From: Candidatus Gottesmanbacteria bacterium
Lineage (GTDB): Bacteria; Patescibacteriota; Microgenomatia; UBA10105; UBA927
Reading direction: 5' to 3'
Length of the DNA stretch: 64,000 nucleotides
NCBI GenBank assembly: GCA_030679255.1
Contig: JAUXTO010000013.1
Location: 190,189-254,188, forward strand
Part shown: piece after piece, positions 47,501 to 57,096 of the stretch
Numbering within the stretch: the stretch's first letter is position 1
Layout of the letters: the number at the start of each line of letters is the position of its first letter
The notes under the pieces: generated by a model
Database searches by the model: none
Seen by the model: the letters and a program-made list of their open reading frames with translations, nothing else
Told to the model about the DNA's origin: nothing
Position numbers and translations under genes: made by a program

Positions 47501-48298
47501 TTATTGACCGACTCCTGTAAACCTTTTAATACCGTTTTTCCATATATGGAATAAACAAAAAACAAAAAATACAAACCAGGCTGTTTGAACACCCATAACA
47601 CGCAGGGATTCATGAAGTGTTAACGCTCCCTGCGCCGCTCGAATGGGGTAGTACGCCATATAGGAAAACGGCAAAACGTCAGCGACGAGACGCATTCCGT
47701 CCGGCAAAAAATTAACCGGAACCAGGTATCCGGCCAGTACGATTGACACGACGGTAGACAACTGCTGCAAACCACTATACTCAGTTATCCAAAGCGCAGA
47801 TAAACCCAGAATCATACTCCATAAAAAGGAAATCCCATAGGCAAGAATTACGATGGTTGCCGCAGTGACTATCCCCTGCCAGTCGGACACCAACCGGACG
47901 TTGATATGAAAAAATAGCATGCTGGCCACAAAAACAACTATGCCAAACGTTCCCTGAATAATTCTCCAGGGGATCTCCTCCAAAAACTTCGTTTTAAAAT
48001 AAGAAAATGGCCGCATGAGATGGGCGACTAATAAACCCTGCTTGATATCCCGGTATGCGATATCTTCATCCACATGAGAAGCGATAAATGACCCGGTAAT
48101 CATAAGCAGAAGATAATAGGTAGAAATATCCGCAAGGGTCATACCCCCGGGACTTATTCCTTCAGACTGTATGGATCCCTGCCAAAATAATAAATAGAGC
48201 CACACGTTGAGAAACGTAATGAGAAGCCACACCACTGAAAGACTACGAAGTTCAAAGGCATTTTGTAAATGAAGGAGAAAAATGCGGAAGTAGCGCAT
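47501..48298 (-). CDS. ABC-2 family transporter permease
   Basis: 6-TM profile; start at MRYFRIF. Confidence 0.55.
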   Translation of the reverse strand: MRYFRIFLLHLQNAFELRSLSVVWLLITFLNVWLYLLFWQGSIQSEGISPGGMTLADISTYYLLLMITGSFIASHVDEDIAYRDIKQGLLVAHLMRPFSYFKTKFLEEIPWRIIQGTFGIVVFVASMLFFHINVRLVSDWQGIVTAATIVILAYGISFLWSMILGLSALWITEYSGLQQLSTVVSIVLAGYLVPVNFLPDGMRLVADVLPFSYMAYYPIRAAQGALTLHESLRVMGVQTAWFVFFVFCLFHIWKNGIKRFTGVGQ

Positions 48299-48299
48299 A

Positions 48300-49274
48300 C
48301 TACTTTTTCTGGGTGAACACATCCCGGATGATGTCTTCGATATCCGGCTCCTCGATGTTCAGGTCATCGACCGGAAACTTCTGGAGGAGTTGGGCGGCAG
48401 CGACGTTGCTGGCACTTCGGGGGACCCGGATGACCGCTTTAGGAAAATTGTATGAAACGAGCTCGCCCACGGCTTCCAGTTTATCCGGCGCCACATATTC
48501 ATCCAAAACAATTGAAAGCACTTTATGTTTGGCAAATTTTTTGACTAAGCTATCCAGCTTCCCGTCATACAGAATCTTCCCGTGGTCGATAATGATCACC
48601 CGCCCTGCAAGCTGCTTGACGTCCTCCATATAATGGGATGTCAGAAGTATGGTAGATTTTTTCAGCTCGTTGTATTGTTTGATAAAATCCCGCATGTTTT
48701 TTTGCATGACGACGTCCAGTCCAATCGTCGGCTCATCGAGAAACAAGACCTTAGGCGAGTGGATAAGGGCCGCGATAAGCTCCATCTTCATGCGTTCGCC
48801 AAGGGATAGCTTACGGACCTGGACTTTCAGAAGTGCCTCAACATCGAGAAGTTCGACCAGGATCTGAAGTGTTTTCTTGTACTCGCCATCCTCTATTTCA
48901 TAAATTTCTTTATTGAGAAGAAACGTCTCCTGTGCGGGCAGATCCCACCAGAGTTGATTCTTCTGTCCCATGACGAGGGCAATTTGTTTAAGATAATTAT
49001 TTTTTCTATCAAACGGAGTAAACCCTAAGACCGAGACCGTTCCGCTTGTGGGATAGAGTAATCCGGAAAGACATTTAAGCGTCGTCGTCTTGCCGGCGCC
49101 ATTTGGCCCGATGAAGCCCACGAGCTCACCTTCATCGATATCAAATGAAATGTCGTCAACGGCCTTGACCGTCTGATATTTCCGATGAAAAAGTGAGCGC
49201 ACTGACCCCATGAACCCAGGTTCTTTCTCGTGAACCTGATAATATTTTTTTAAGTGAGAAAGGGAGATGACCAT
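48300..49274 (-). CDS. ABC transporter ATP-binding protein
   Basis: GPNGAGKTT Walker A, LSLGERMK signature, LDEPT Walker B. Confidence 0.8.
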   Translation of the reverse strand: MVISLSHLKKYYQVHEKEPGFMGSVRSLFHRKYQTVKAVDDISFDIDEGELVGFIGPNGAGKTTTLKCLSGLLYPTSGTVSVLGFTPFDRKNNYLKQIALVMGQKNQLWWDLPAQETFLLNKEIYEIEDGEYKKTLQILVELLDVEALLKVQVRKLSLGERMKMELIAALIHSPKVLFLDEPTIGLDVVMQKNMRDFIKQYNELKKSTILLTSHYMEDVKQLAGRVIIIDHGKILYDGKLDSLVKKFAKHKVLSIVLDEYVAPDKLEAVGELVSYNFPKAVIRVPRSASNVAAAQLLQKFPVDDLNIEEPDIEDIIRDVFTQKK

Positions 49275-49374
49275 ACATTGAGTATACCCGGTAGTAGAAC
49301 TTCGACACAAGCGCGGAAGCGCTTGCTTATTGTTTGCTACGCAAACAATGTCGAAGTTTCACTACGGGGATACC

Positions 49375-49416
49375 AAAAAGAGACGCCCCGCAGTACGGGG
49401 AACGTCTCTTTAAAAT
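49375..49416 (-). terminator. hairpin terminator downstream of hupB
   Basis: AAAGAGACG-(CCCCG cagta CGGGG)-ACGTCTCTTT with flanking A/T runs. Confidence 0.5.
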
Positions 49417-49427
49417 TTCTCTTCCTT

Positions 49428-49700
49428 TTACCGGACAACTTTCTTCAGTGCTTTGCCAGCGGTAAATCCCGGTGTTTTTCGCGCCGGAATATTGATCGCG
49501 GCTCCAGTCTGCGGATTCCGTCCTGTTCTGGATTTCCTCGAACGCACCATGAATGTTCCGAATCCTGTGACGACCACTTTGTCACCTTTTTTGAGTGAAT
49601 CCGTGATCGAACCAAACACAGCTACCACTGCTTCACGAGCGGCTTTGGCTGTGAGACTCGCTTTTTTTGCAACGACTTCAATGAGATCTGCTTTTGTCAT
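49428..49700 (-). CDS. hupB: DNA-binding protein HU
   Basis: MTKADLIEVVA...GFGTF...RNPQTG; GGAGGTG SD. Confidence 0.85.
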   Translation of the reverse strand: MTKADLIEVVAKKASLTAKAAREAVVAVFGSITDSLKKGDKVVVTGFGTFMVRSRKSRTGRNPQTGAAINIPARKTPGFTAGKALKKVVR

Positions 49701-49780
49701 TTTCTATTCACCTCCAGTCGGGCAGAGGGTTAGAACAAGTAGAAAATTTTTTCGTCCCGCCCTGGCGGGATCTATGAGGC

Positions 49781-49809
49781 AATGTAGAAGAAATGGAGCG
49801 GTATGTCAA
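49781..49809 (-). promoter_or_regulatory. sigma70-like promoter TTGACA-17-TACATT for hupB
   Basis: seen on minus strand upstream of a 5'UTR hairpin. Confidence 0.45.
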
Positions 49810-49886
49810 TACATCAATTCAAAAAATTAAAAGTCGAAAGTCATAAAGTCAAAAGTCCATAACGTTATAAAAGTGAAATGTGGAGT

Positions 49887-51434
49887 TCATTTGGCAATCT
49901 CAACAACTCTGAGTTCACGCACTACCGTCACTTTTATCTGGCCGGGGAACGTGAGTTTAGCCTGAATTTCATCTTTAATTTCTGTGGCCATGATGGTTGC
50001 GGCTGCGTCATCCACCATACCCGGATCGACCATTACCCGGAGTTCCCGTCCGGCCGAAAAAGCAAAACATTCACGGACTCCCTTTTTGGATTTCGCAATT
50101 TCCTCTATATCTTTGAGTCTCTTCACATACCCTTCAATATCCTCATGTCTGGCTCCGGGTCGGCTCCCGGATATAGCGTCAGAGATATAGACAAGCATGG
50201 ATTCAAGCGAGGTAAACGGCGTGTCCTCATGATGTTGGGCCACGCAATCGATGACTTTGGGCGGCAATCCATACTTTTTGAGAACAGTCACCCCAAGTTC
50301 GACATGGCTCCCCTCTCCGTCCGGAACAACTTTACCTAAATCATGGAGAAGACACCCCAAACGCACAATGTTTGCATCCGCGCCGACCTCTTGGGCGAGG
50401 GCAATACCAATTTTCGTTTCCTCAAGCGTGTGGGCAATCATATTTTGCCCATAACTGGTCCGATACTTGAACCTACCAAGGAGTGCTACAATCGGAGCCG
50501 GGAGATTGTAAACACCCACGGCGTGGCAAAGCTTCTGGCCTTCTTCAAACATGATACGCTCGACTTCTTTCCTGACCTGAACCACGATTTCCTCAATCCT
50601 GCCGGGCTGTACCCGACCATCCCGCATGAGCCGTTCGAGGGAAACGCGCGCAACCTCCCGACGCACAGGATCAAAACACGAAAGCCGGATGACGCCCTCT
50701 TCATCAAGGTCAACGTCAACCCCCGTGGCCGTCTCAAACGCACGGATATTCCTTCCCTCTTTCCCGATGATTCTCCCCTTGACGTCATCATCGGCAATCT
50801 TGACGACCGAGACCGTATATTCAGCGACATAATCCGTCGCCCCATGACGCATGGCGTCCACAAGGATCTCCCGCGCTTTGGTTTCGGCCTCCTCATGCGC
50901 GCGATGCTCCCCTTCACGAATCTCGCGGGCGACATCCTCACGTACTCGGGCTTTCACATCTTCAAGGAGCTGGTTACGTGCTTCATCACGGGTGAGATGC
51001 GCAGCTTTTTCTAGCTTAGCCAGTGAATCCTGTTTAATTTTCTCAATATCGCCTAACTTCGTCCGGGCATCTTCTTCTAATGTAACGAGCCGTTTTTCAC
51101 GTTCATCGAGACTTCCCTCGTGCCGGTCAATACTTTCGCTTCGGCGTCTGAGGTCTTCCTGCGCGTCACGCCTCAACCGCAATGCTTCATCTTTGGCCTC
51201 CACAACAATTTCCCGTGCTTGTGCTTGAGCGATCCGCAATTGAGCTTGTGCGTCTTCAATTTCTTTGCGGTTGACCACAGGAACAGCTGGGGGAGGTGCA
51301 GGCGACGGGACTGGCGCTATCTTTGGAGATTTGTCGGTAACAAGAGTAGGTTTCTGATCAACTTTTTGTTTAACACTCCTTGCGGGTTTTCTGGATTTTA
51401 CTAAGCCGGATAAGGTTTTGAGTACATCAAACAT
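49887..51434 (-). CDS. rny: ribonuclease Y
   Basis: KH domain GKEGRNIRAFE, HD domain HSLEVA-like LLHDLGK. Confidence 0.85.
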   Translation of the reverse strand: MFDVLKTLSGLVKSRKPARSVKQKVDQKPTLVTDKSPKIAPVPSPAPPPAVPVVNRKEIEDAQAQLRIAQAQAREIVVEAKDEALRLRRDAQEDLRRRSESIDRHEGSLDEREKRLVTLEEDARTKLGDIEKIKQDSLAKLEKAAHLTRDEARNQLLEDVKARVREDVAREIREGEHRAHEEAETKAREILVDAMRHGATDYVAEYTVSVVKIADDDVKGRIIGKEGRNIRAFETATGVDVDLDEEGVIRLSCFDPVRREVARVSLERLMRDGRVQPGRIEEIVVQVRKEVERIMFEEGQKLCHAVGVYNLPAPIVALLGRFKYRTSYGQNMIAHTLEETKIGIALAQEVGADANIVRLGCLLHDLGKVVPDGEGSHVELGVTVLKKYGLPPKVIDCVAQHHEDTPFTSLESMLVYISDAISGSRPGARHEDIEGYVKRLKDIEEIAKSKKGVRECFAFSAGRELRVMVDPGMVDDAAATIMATEIKDEIQAKLTFPGQIKVTVVRELRVVEIAK

Positions 51435-51460
51435 AGTAATATGTGAGTTTAATGAGAGGA

Positions 51461-51496
51461 AAAAGCACAGATCAAAACCCCTTGCTTATAGCAAGG
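51461..51496 (-). terminator. terminator hairpin CCTTGCT-ATA-AGCAAGG plus GGTTTTGATC downstream of recX
   Basis: seen in sequence. Confidence 0.5.
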
Positions 51497-51586
51497 TTAT
51501 GTGTGTAGGAGAGAATGATGTGAGCGTGACTATTTTCATGGATTCCTACAATATAATGCTTTCTCTTCGGACAAAAACTCTATCTA

Positions 51587-52072
51587 CTATTGTACCCTAC
51601 CGCCCACCACCTCGTCAATGACCCTGCGGATAGTATCTGCGTCAAAACCACGCCGACCGAGGAATCCGTAGATCTTCTTTTTTTGCTCAATCTTAGGCAA
51701 TGTTTGCCACCGTTCTAACTTTTTAGCCAGGGCCTGGCGGGCTAATCCCACCTCATCTGGCTGTTTGATTTCAACTGCAACTCCCTTGGCTTTCAATTCC
51801 TGAAGAATAAGTCGGTTTCCTTTAGGCTTATGGGATTGGCGTTGATCCACCCACCACGCGGCGAATTTCTCATCATTGACGTAATCAAGCTCACGCAGAC
51901 GGGCGATGACGCGATCAAGAATAGGAAACTGGATCCTCGCGTCTCGCGCGGGGATGACAGATAAACGAGAAAGTTTTTTTGCCAAATACGCTCTCATTTC
52001 CTTTTCGCTCCGGGGACGGAAGGAGACGAAGTGAAACGAAGCATCGAGAAGTTTTTGGTAGAGATCCTCCAT
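51587..52072 (-). CDS. recX: recombination regulator RecX
   Basis: RecX three-helix repeat family; start set at MEDLY since upstream codons lie in a nonamer tandem repeat. Confidence 0.65.
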   Translation of the reverse strand: MEDLYQKLLDASFHFVSFRPRSEKEMRAYLAKKLSRLSVIPARDARIQFPILDRVIARLRELDYVNDEKFAAWWVDQRQSHKPKGNRLILQELKAKGVAVEIKQPDEVGLARQALAKKLERWQTLPKIEQKKKIYGFLGRRGFDADTIRRVIDEVVGGRVQ

Positions 52073-52128
52073 AAGAAATACTACCAATACTACCAATAAT
52101 CAAATACTACCAATACTACCAAAACAAA

Positions 52129-53166
52129 TTACTCTTCCTCCTCCACCCCCATGGCAACTTTCGGGTGGGCAGCTCCGGTCTTGACGGCTTTCCAGATAGC
52201 GTCGGTGATTTCCTTCGTGAGTTTTCCGTTTTCTTTTAGGAAAAGCTTCGCCGCTTCCCTCCCTTGTCCGAGCATCTGGGTGCCGTACTTGAGAAACGCG
52301 CCGGATTTTGTCAAAATATTGAGTTCCAATCCGACGTCAATCAAGCCTCCCTCTTTGGAGATGCCGTCATGCATGACGTCAAACTCCGCGACCCGAAACG
52401 GCGGCGAGACTTTATTTTTTACGATCCGCACGCGGTGACGGCTCCCAATCACGCGGTCTCCATCTTTGAGACTCTCGATTTTGCGTGAGTCCATCCGGAC
52501 GCTCGCATAAAACTTGAGGGCCATCCCTCCGGTCGTCGTTTCGGGATTACCGAACATCACACCGATTTTTTGGCGCAACTGATTGGTAAATATGACAATC
52601 GTTTTGGATTTGGAAATGACTGCAGTGAGCTTGCGAAGAGCCTGGGACATGAGCCGGGCATGGACGCCCATCATGCTATCGCCCATCTCGCCTTCGATTT
52701 CCGCACGCGGCACCAACGCTGCTACTGAATCGATAACGATCACGTCAATGCCACCGCTGCGGATGAGGGTCTCCGCTATCTCCAGACCCTGCTCGCCGGT
52801 ATCCGGTTGAGAAATGAGCAGATCATCAAGTTTGACGCCCAAAATCTCCGCCCATTGGGGATCGAGGGCATGTTCGGCGTCGATAAACGCGGCTACCCCG
52901 CCAGCCTTCTGCGCTTCAGCAATCGTCGAGAGACATACCGTCGTTTTGCCCGATGCCTCGGGGCCGTATATTTCTACAATCCTGCCGCACGGCAGGCCTC
53001 CAACACCAAGTCCCAAATCTAAAGGAAGAATGCCTGTGGAAATAACGTCGATGGCTAGTTTTCCTGCATTTTGCTCACCCAACATCATGATCGAACCTTT
53101 TCCGTATTGTTTCTCGATCTGGTCCATGGCGAGGCGAATGGCGGCGAGTTTTGGGTCTGTAGCCAT
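52129..53166 (-). CDS. recA: recombinase RecA
   Basis: GPEASGKTT Walker [13 protein letters not shown]1/L2 loops. Confidence 0.9.
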   Translation of the reverse strand: MATDPKLAAIRLAMDQIEKQYGKGSIMMLGEQNAGKLAIDVISTGILPLDLGLGVGGLPCGRIVEIYGPEASGKTTVCLSTIAEAQKAGGVAAFIDAEHALDPQWAEILGVKLDDLLISQPDTGEQGLEIAETLIRSGGIDVIVIDSVAALVPRAEIEGEMGDSMMGVHARLMSQALRKLTAVISKSKTIVIFTNQLRQKIGVMFGNPETTTGGMALKFYASVRMDSRKIESLKDGDRVIGSRHRVRIVKNKVSPPFRVAEFDVMHDGISKEGGLIDVGLELNILTKSGAFLKYGTQMLGQGREAAKLFLKENGKLTKEITDAIWKAVKTGAAHPKVAMGVEEEE

Positions 53167-53271
53167 AATGATCTCCTTATGAGGCAGGAATATACTATTG
53201 AAGAATTTATGCAATTCTTACACAATAAATGATAGAATACAAGAGATCAACAAATCTTCATGAAAATTTGG

Positions 53272-53330
53272 TCGGGGTGTGGCGTAATTGGTAGCGGCAC
53301 GTCAAACGTGCCAGTCGCGTTTGACGCGAC
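53272..53330 (+). other. tRNA-like 5' fragment (acceptor start CGGGGTG, D-loop TAATTGGTAG, CAA hairpin, long-arm hairpin; no T-arm)
   Basis: manual inspection; does not fold as a complete tRNA. Confidence 0.3.
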
Positions 53331-53358
53331 GCATTCGGTTGGCACATGGAAATTCTGT

Positions 53359-53431
53359 CGGGGTGTAGCTCAGTTGGTAGAGCACACGGCTGGGGGTCGT
53401 GTGGTCGCAGGTTCAAATCCTGTCACCCCGA
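53359..53431 (+). tRNA. tRNA-Pro (anticodon GGG)
   Basis: manual fold: acceptor CGGGGTG/CACCCCG + A73, D GCTC/GAGC, anticodon loop CTGGGGG, T-loop TTCAAAT; CCA not encoded. Confidence 0.8.
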
Positions 53432-53641
53432 CTGAATTTCCAGTGTAAAGGGTTCGAGCGGTTGGCAGTTTCCCGCGGAGCGGGATTAACTGACAGTAAA
53501 TACTCGCTATGGCTCGTAAACTGTCAGTTGAACAAGTCTGCCCACCCCGACCAAAAACTGATCTCTATCTGGGTTGTTATGACACACACCTCAAAGACCG
53601 ATATCAATATTTAAATTACAAATATACTGAAATTATCGCTT

Positions 53642-54718
53642 ATGCGTAAGTTTATTGTTTTTATAACTGGCTTAGTATTAGTAATAATTGGGTTAGTTAC
53701 TCTTTTTGAAGCAGTTATTATTCCGATGGTAATGCCATATACACTATTTTTAATAATTACTGGAATTTATCTCATAAAAAAATATTCATACCGTGTGGCA
53801 GTTGGCATCATCATTCTAGTCGTAATAATCGGAGCGTATGTTTATTATATGAGCAATCCAAATATAGGAGCATATAAAGGAGTAAAAATAATTAAAACTG
53901 ATCTAGGACCAAAAATAGAAGAAAACCAAGCGACAAATGGGACGGGGGTATATGTTATTCCAGATTATATCAACGGATTACATATATTACTTACACGTGG
54001 AAATAGACTGTACGGCATAAATAGTAATACCGGATACAAAAAAACAAATGTTGTTAGTACGATATTAGAAATACAAGACGAAGGATATATTGGAAACAAT
54101 ATCGGAAAATTTATGTTAGGGTGTGATCAACTATCCCACACATGTTTTATTCTTGATTTTAGATATAACTATTCTTTAAATTATGCTAATCTACCATATT
54201 ATTCTCCAGTAAAAATTATTAGTTACAATTATTTTACGCAAATATTCTCAACGATATACACATTTCAATCAGGACTACAAGAACCCCGACTCATAAACAA
54301 AATAATAAAATACCCAAGCGCCGCGACAATAATTATTAATTCCGACTTGGATAATTTATATTATAACGTTATTTTCCAAACCGCACAGGTGAACAACATT
54401 AACAAAATTCCCGATTTACAAGGAAATACAGAATTAACATTTTTAGTAAAGGATCAAAACTATTTCACAAATAATAAATATCCTGGTCTTATCTCTGGAG
54501 ATTCTACATGGACAGTTGTGACGAAATCAGAATGTGCATCAGGTGGTATGGGCGGATGTGACAATGTTGTCTCAATTTTTAAAAATGACAACCTTAAAAA
54601 TGTATTCAACTGTCATAACTGTTCCGTTTTCTATATGGGCAAGTTACAAAATAAGCTATTATTATTGATTCAAGAAAATTTAAAATTTAAGATAGGAGAA
54701 ATTGAGGAACAAGAGTAA
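53642..54718 (+). CDS. hypothetical membrane protein, strongly AT-rich
   Basis: ~3 N-terminal TM segments, Asn/Tyr/Ile-rich; compositionally foreign. Confidence 0.45.
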   Translation: MRKFIVFITGLVLVIIGLVTLFEAVIIPMVMPYTLFLIITGIYLIKKYSYRVAVGIIILVVIIGAYVYYMSNPNIGAYKGVKIIKTDLGPKIEENQATNGTGVYVIPDYINGLHILLTRGNRLYGINSNTGYKKTNVVSTILEIQDEGYIGNNIGKFMLGCDQLSHTCFILDFRYNYSLNYANLPYYSPVKIISYNYFTQIFSTIYTFQSGLQEPRLINKIIKYPSAATIIINSDLDNLYYNVIFQTAQVNNINKIPDLQGNTELTFLVKDQNYFTNNKYPGLISGDSTWTVVTKSECASGGMGGCDNVVSIFKNDNLKNVFNCHNCSVFYMGKLQNKLLLLIQENLKFKIGEIEEQE

Positions 54719-54892
54719 TAAAAATCGCGCGCGGGGCGTCAAACGTCCCTGCCACATTTGACTGTGGTGCAAAAAAAGAATCCGGAAGCGCGGCGGGCCG
54801 ACCCTTCGACAAGCTCAGTGTAAAGGCGCCGCCCAGACAATGCGAGGCCCGCGAAGATGGCCGACCGCGCCCTGCAGTAGCTTTAGCGGAGG

Positions 54893-55003
54893 AGGGGCTA
54901 ACAGCTTTGAAATTCGATTCTAACTTTTTGATATAACCCGACTTAAAAACTGCATTAATTTGGATTGTTCTGACAATGTTTTCAAGGACCGTCCCTAAAA
55001 ATA
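54893..55003 (+). repeat. direct repeat, left copy (~93% identical to 56338-56453)
   Basis: alignment by eye; on minus strand it ends in RIFRDGP-stop. Confidence 0.8.
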
Positions 55004-55188
55004 CGAAATATTTACTTTTACGATAAACGAAATATCAAACCGTTTTTGAATATACTATATTTATGAAACATGATTAGTTGTCAAGAATCAAAAAAACACC
55101 GCTTAACAAGCTAATTTGTATATAAATTTTGATTTGAATAGTAAAATATGCTACTATAGCTATGGTCGCGATGCAAGTCGCGCCCATC

Positions 55189-55229
55189 AAAAACGGATCT
55201 CTACTGGAAATAGGTGAGATCCTTTTTTG
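55189..55229 (-). terminator. bidirectional terminator GGATCTC-loop-GAGATCC with A5/T6 flanks
   Basis: overlaps DUF3800 stop codon. Confidence 0.55.
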
Positions 55230-55983
55230 TAACTTCGGGGAAAAATTTGAGACCAATCCCGTCTACGATATTCCCTTTGCGGTGTAATTTGGGATGCGTG
55301 ACGTCGTGATACCGCCAGTAATCCTCTTTTTTCTTGTTGTACTCAAACACATGGTACACAGGATAGCAGTAAAGATCAGTAATCTGGATGCCTACTGTTT
55401 TGTCGGATGTGGAAAATAAAACGCGCTCAATAATATTAGGGCACTTTTGCCAAAACCCATTTTCATTCCAACGAAGCAAGCTATGAATGCGATCAAGTTC
55501 CGGTCCTATATAGCTTTTTTCCACTTGACCCTCACGTGGATCAATAATACAAATGCCGAATGCATTTTGTTCTTTAAGATACATTTGGAATCGCTCCATC
55601 AAGAATATATAGGCAATCTCGTACGGATTTTGCGATGGATACTGTTTCCAATACCCAACTTTATCAATCACGACAGAAAAAACTGTCACTGGGATTTTTT
55701 TAAGAAAAGTAGCAACGTCTACTTCTAGCTCATCATATTTTTGTCGATCGTTGAGCTTAATCGGTGAAGACTGTGCAAGATCTGGATTGGCATATCGAAG
55801 AAAATTTGATTTGAACTCAACTTCAGGATTTTGATAGTAACTCAGTTTAATGTCACGAAACGAACTTTCGATAGCCACTTTATCACTCTCATTGATTACG
55901 CAACCTGTAAGGACTAAAAATTTCTTTCCTTTTTGTGAAAGAGAAATCGTATCGCCGGACTCATCAATATACATGATCTGCAT
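55201..55983 (-). CDS. DUF3800 family protein
   Basis: MQIMYIDESGD N-terminus characteristic of DUF3800; GAGGG SD; start trimmed from the longer ORF. Confidence 0.55.
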   Translation of the reverse strand: MQIMYIDESGDTISLSQKGKKFLVLTGCVINESDKVAIESSFRDIKLSYYQNPEVEFKSNFLRYANPDLAQSSPIKLNDRQKYDELEVDVATFLKKIPVTVFSVVIDKVGYWKQYPSQNPYEIAYIFLMERFQMYLKEQNAFGICIIDPREGQVEKSYIGPELDRIHSLLRWNENGFWQKCPNIIERVLFSTSDKTVGIQITDLYCYPVYHVFEYNKKKEDYWRYHDVTHPKLHRKGNIVDGIGLKFFPEVTKKDLTYFQ

Positions 55984-56337
55984 AATTACCCTCAAGTATA
56001 CCACCAAATTTTTGCGATAAAAATGGCGGCTCTGCCGACCCCGCCACTCGGGTGGTACCTTCCAAAAAAAGATCAACCGTGGAAAAGACAACTGAGTTGC
56101 CCGACGCTTCGTATGGGCGGCTCTTTCGCACAAAGGTGGGGTCGCCGCCCTGCCTGCCGGCAGGCAGGCATCCTTTTTGAGCCGGGTGGGTGGGCTGATT
56201 GGAATCAGGACAGACTGATTTTGTGTTATTATAAATCTTACCGCACGCGAATCCGCCAGCAGGCAGATGAACGGAACGCGCGCTAAAAAAACGGAATCAA
56301 GGCCGCGTTTACCCTGAGCGAAGTCGAGGGGAAGCGA

Positions 56338-56453
56338 CCGAACTAATAGTTTTGAAATTCGGTTCTAACTTTTTGATATAACCCGACTTAAAAACTGCAT
56401 TAATTTGGATTGTTCTGACGCTCTTTTCAAGGACCATCCCTAAAATAGGGACA
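56338..56453 (+). repeat. direct repeat, right copy; contains the 3' end of the HAD-IB gene
   Basis: see left copy. Confidence 0.8.
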
Positions 56454-57089
56454 CTTCTCAACAATTTTGTTCAATACTTGAAACAAATCCCCAGAGTTCA
56501 AACATTGGTCAGAATAAATTTTTAAATTATCATCAGCATTCAATGCAATTCTATATCCTACTTTTTCAAAGATGGGAATATCTGATCTTGAATCTCCAAC
56601 TGCAATTATTTCAGACATCTCGATATTTTTTTCTTTACTTAGTTTTTCAAGAATAAGTACCTTATCGCCACCTGTAAGAACATTAAGCATTCTGCCTGTA
56701 TGAATTCCGTTAATAAACTCATGTTCTGAACCACTGATAAAATCGAATCCAAAACTTTTTTTAAAATATTCACTTGCGAATATTGGACCTATGGAAGTAA
56801 TGCCAACCATAAATCCTACCTGTTTTAATTTATCAACGGTTTCTTTTATATTACCCATCCTTGGTATTTCCGAAGTCCATTCATCAAATTGTTTTTTACT
56901 TGTATCCTTTAGTATTTTTGCGTATCTATTAGCAATCTCATAATCATCAATCTTATGATTTTTGTACAGATTTTCTAAATCTATTGCTTTATCCTCAACC
57001 CCAAGTTTTTTAACATAATACTGAAGACACGTTGTTCCCATAGTAAGCGTACCATCCAGATCAAATGAAACTAATTTATAGTTTCTCAT
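56427..57089 (-). CDS. HAD-IB hydrolase (phosphoserine-phosphatase-like)
   Basis: LVSFDLDGTLT motif I, GDSRSD motif IV; AT-rich. Confidence 0.6.
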   Translation of the reverse strand: MRNYKLVSFDLDGTLTMGTTCLQYYVKKLGVEDKAIDLENLYKNHKIDDYEIANRYAKILKDTSKKQFDEWTSEIPRMGNIKETVDKLKQVGFMVGITSIGPIFASEYFKKSFGFDFISGSEHEFINGIHTGRMLNVLTGGDKVLILEKLSKEKNIEMSEIIAVGDSRSDIPIFEKVGYRIALNADDNLKIYSDQCLNSGDLFQVLNKIVEKCPYFRDGP

Positions 57090-57096
57090 GCTTAAT

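Noticed and set aside
49887-51434. Many long antisense or alternative-frame ORFs across rny (e.g. 50343-51014 plus, 50851-51228 plus, 50486-50941 minus)
   Set aside because: RNase Y on the minus strand has clear KH and HD motifs. The others are low-complexity Ser/Arg-rich frames typical of antisense readthrough.
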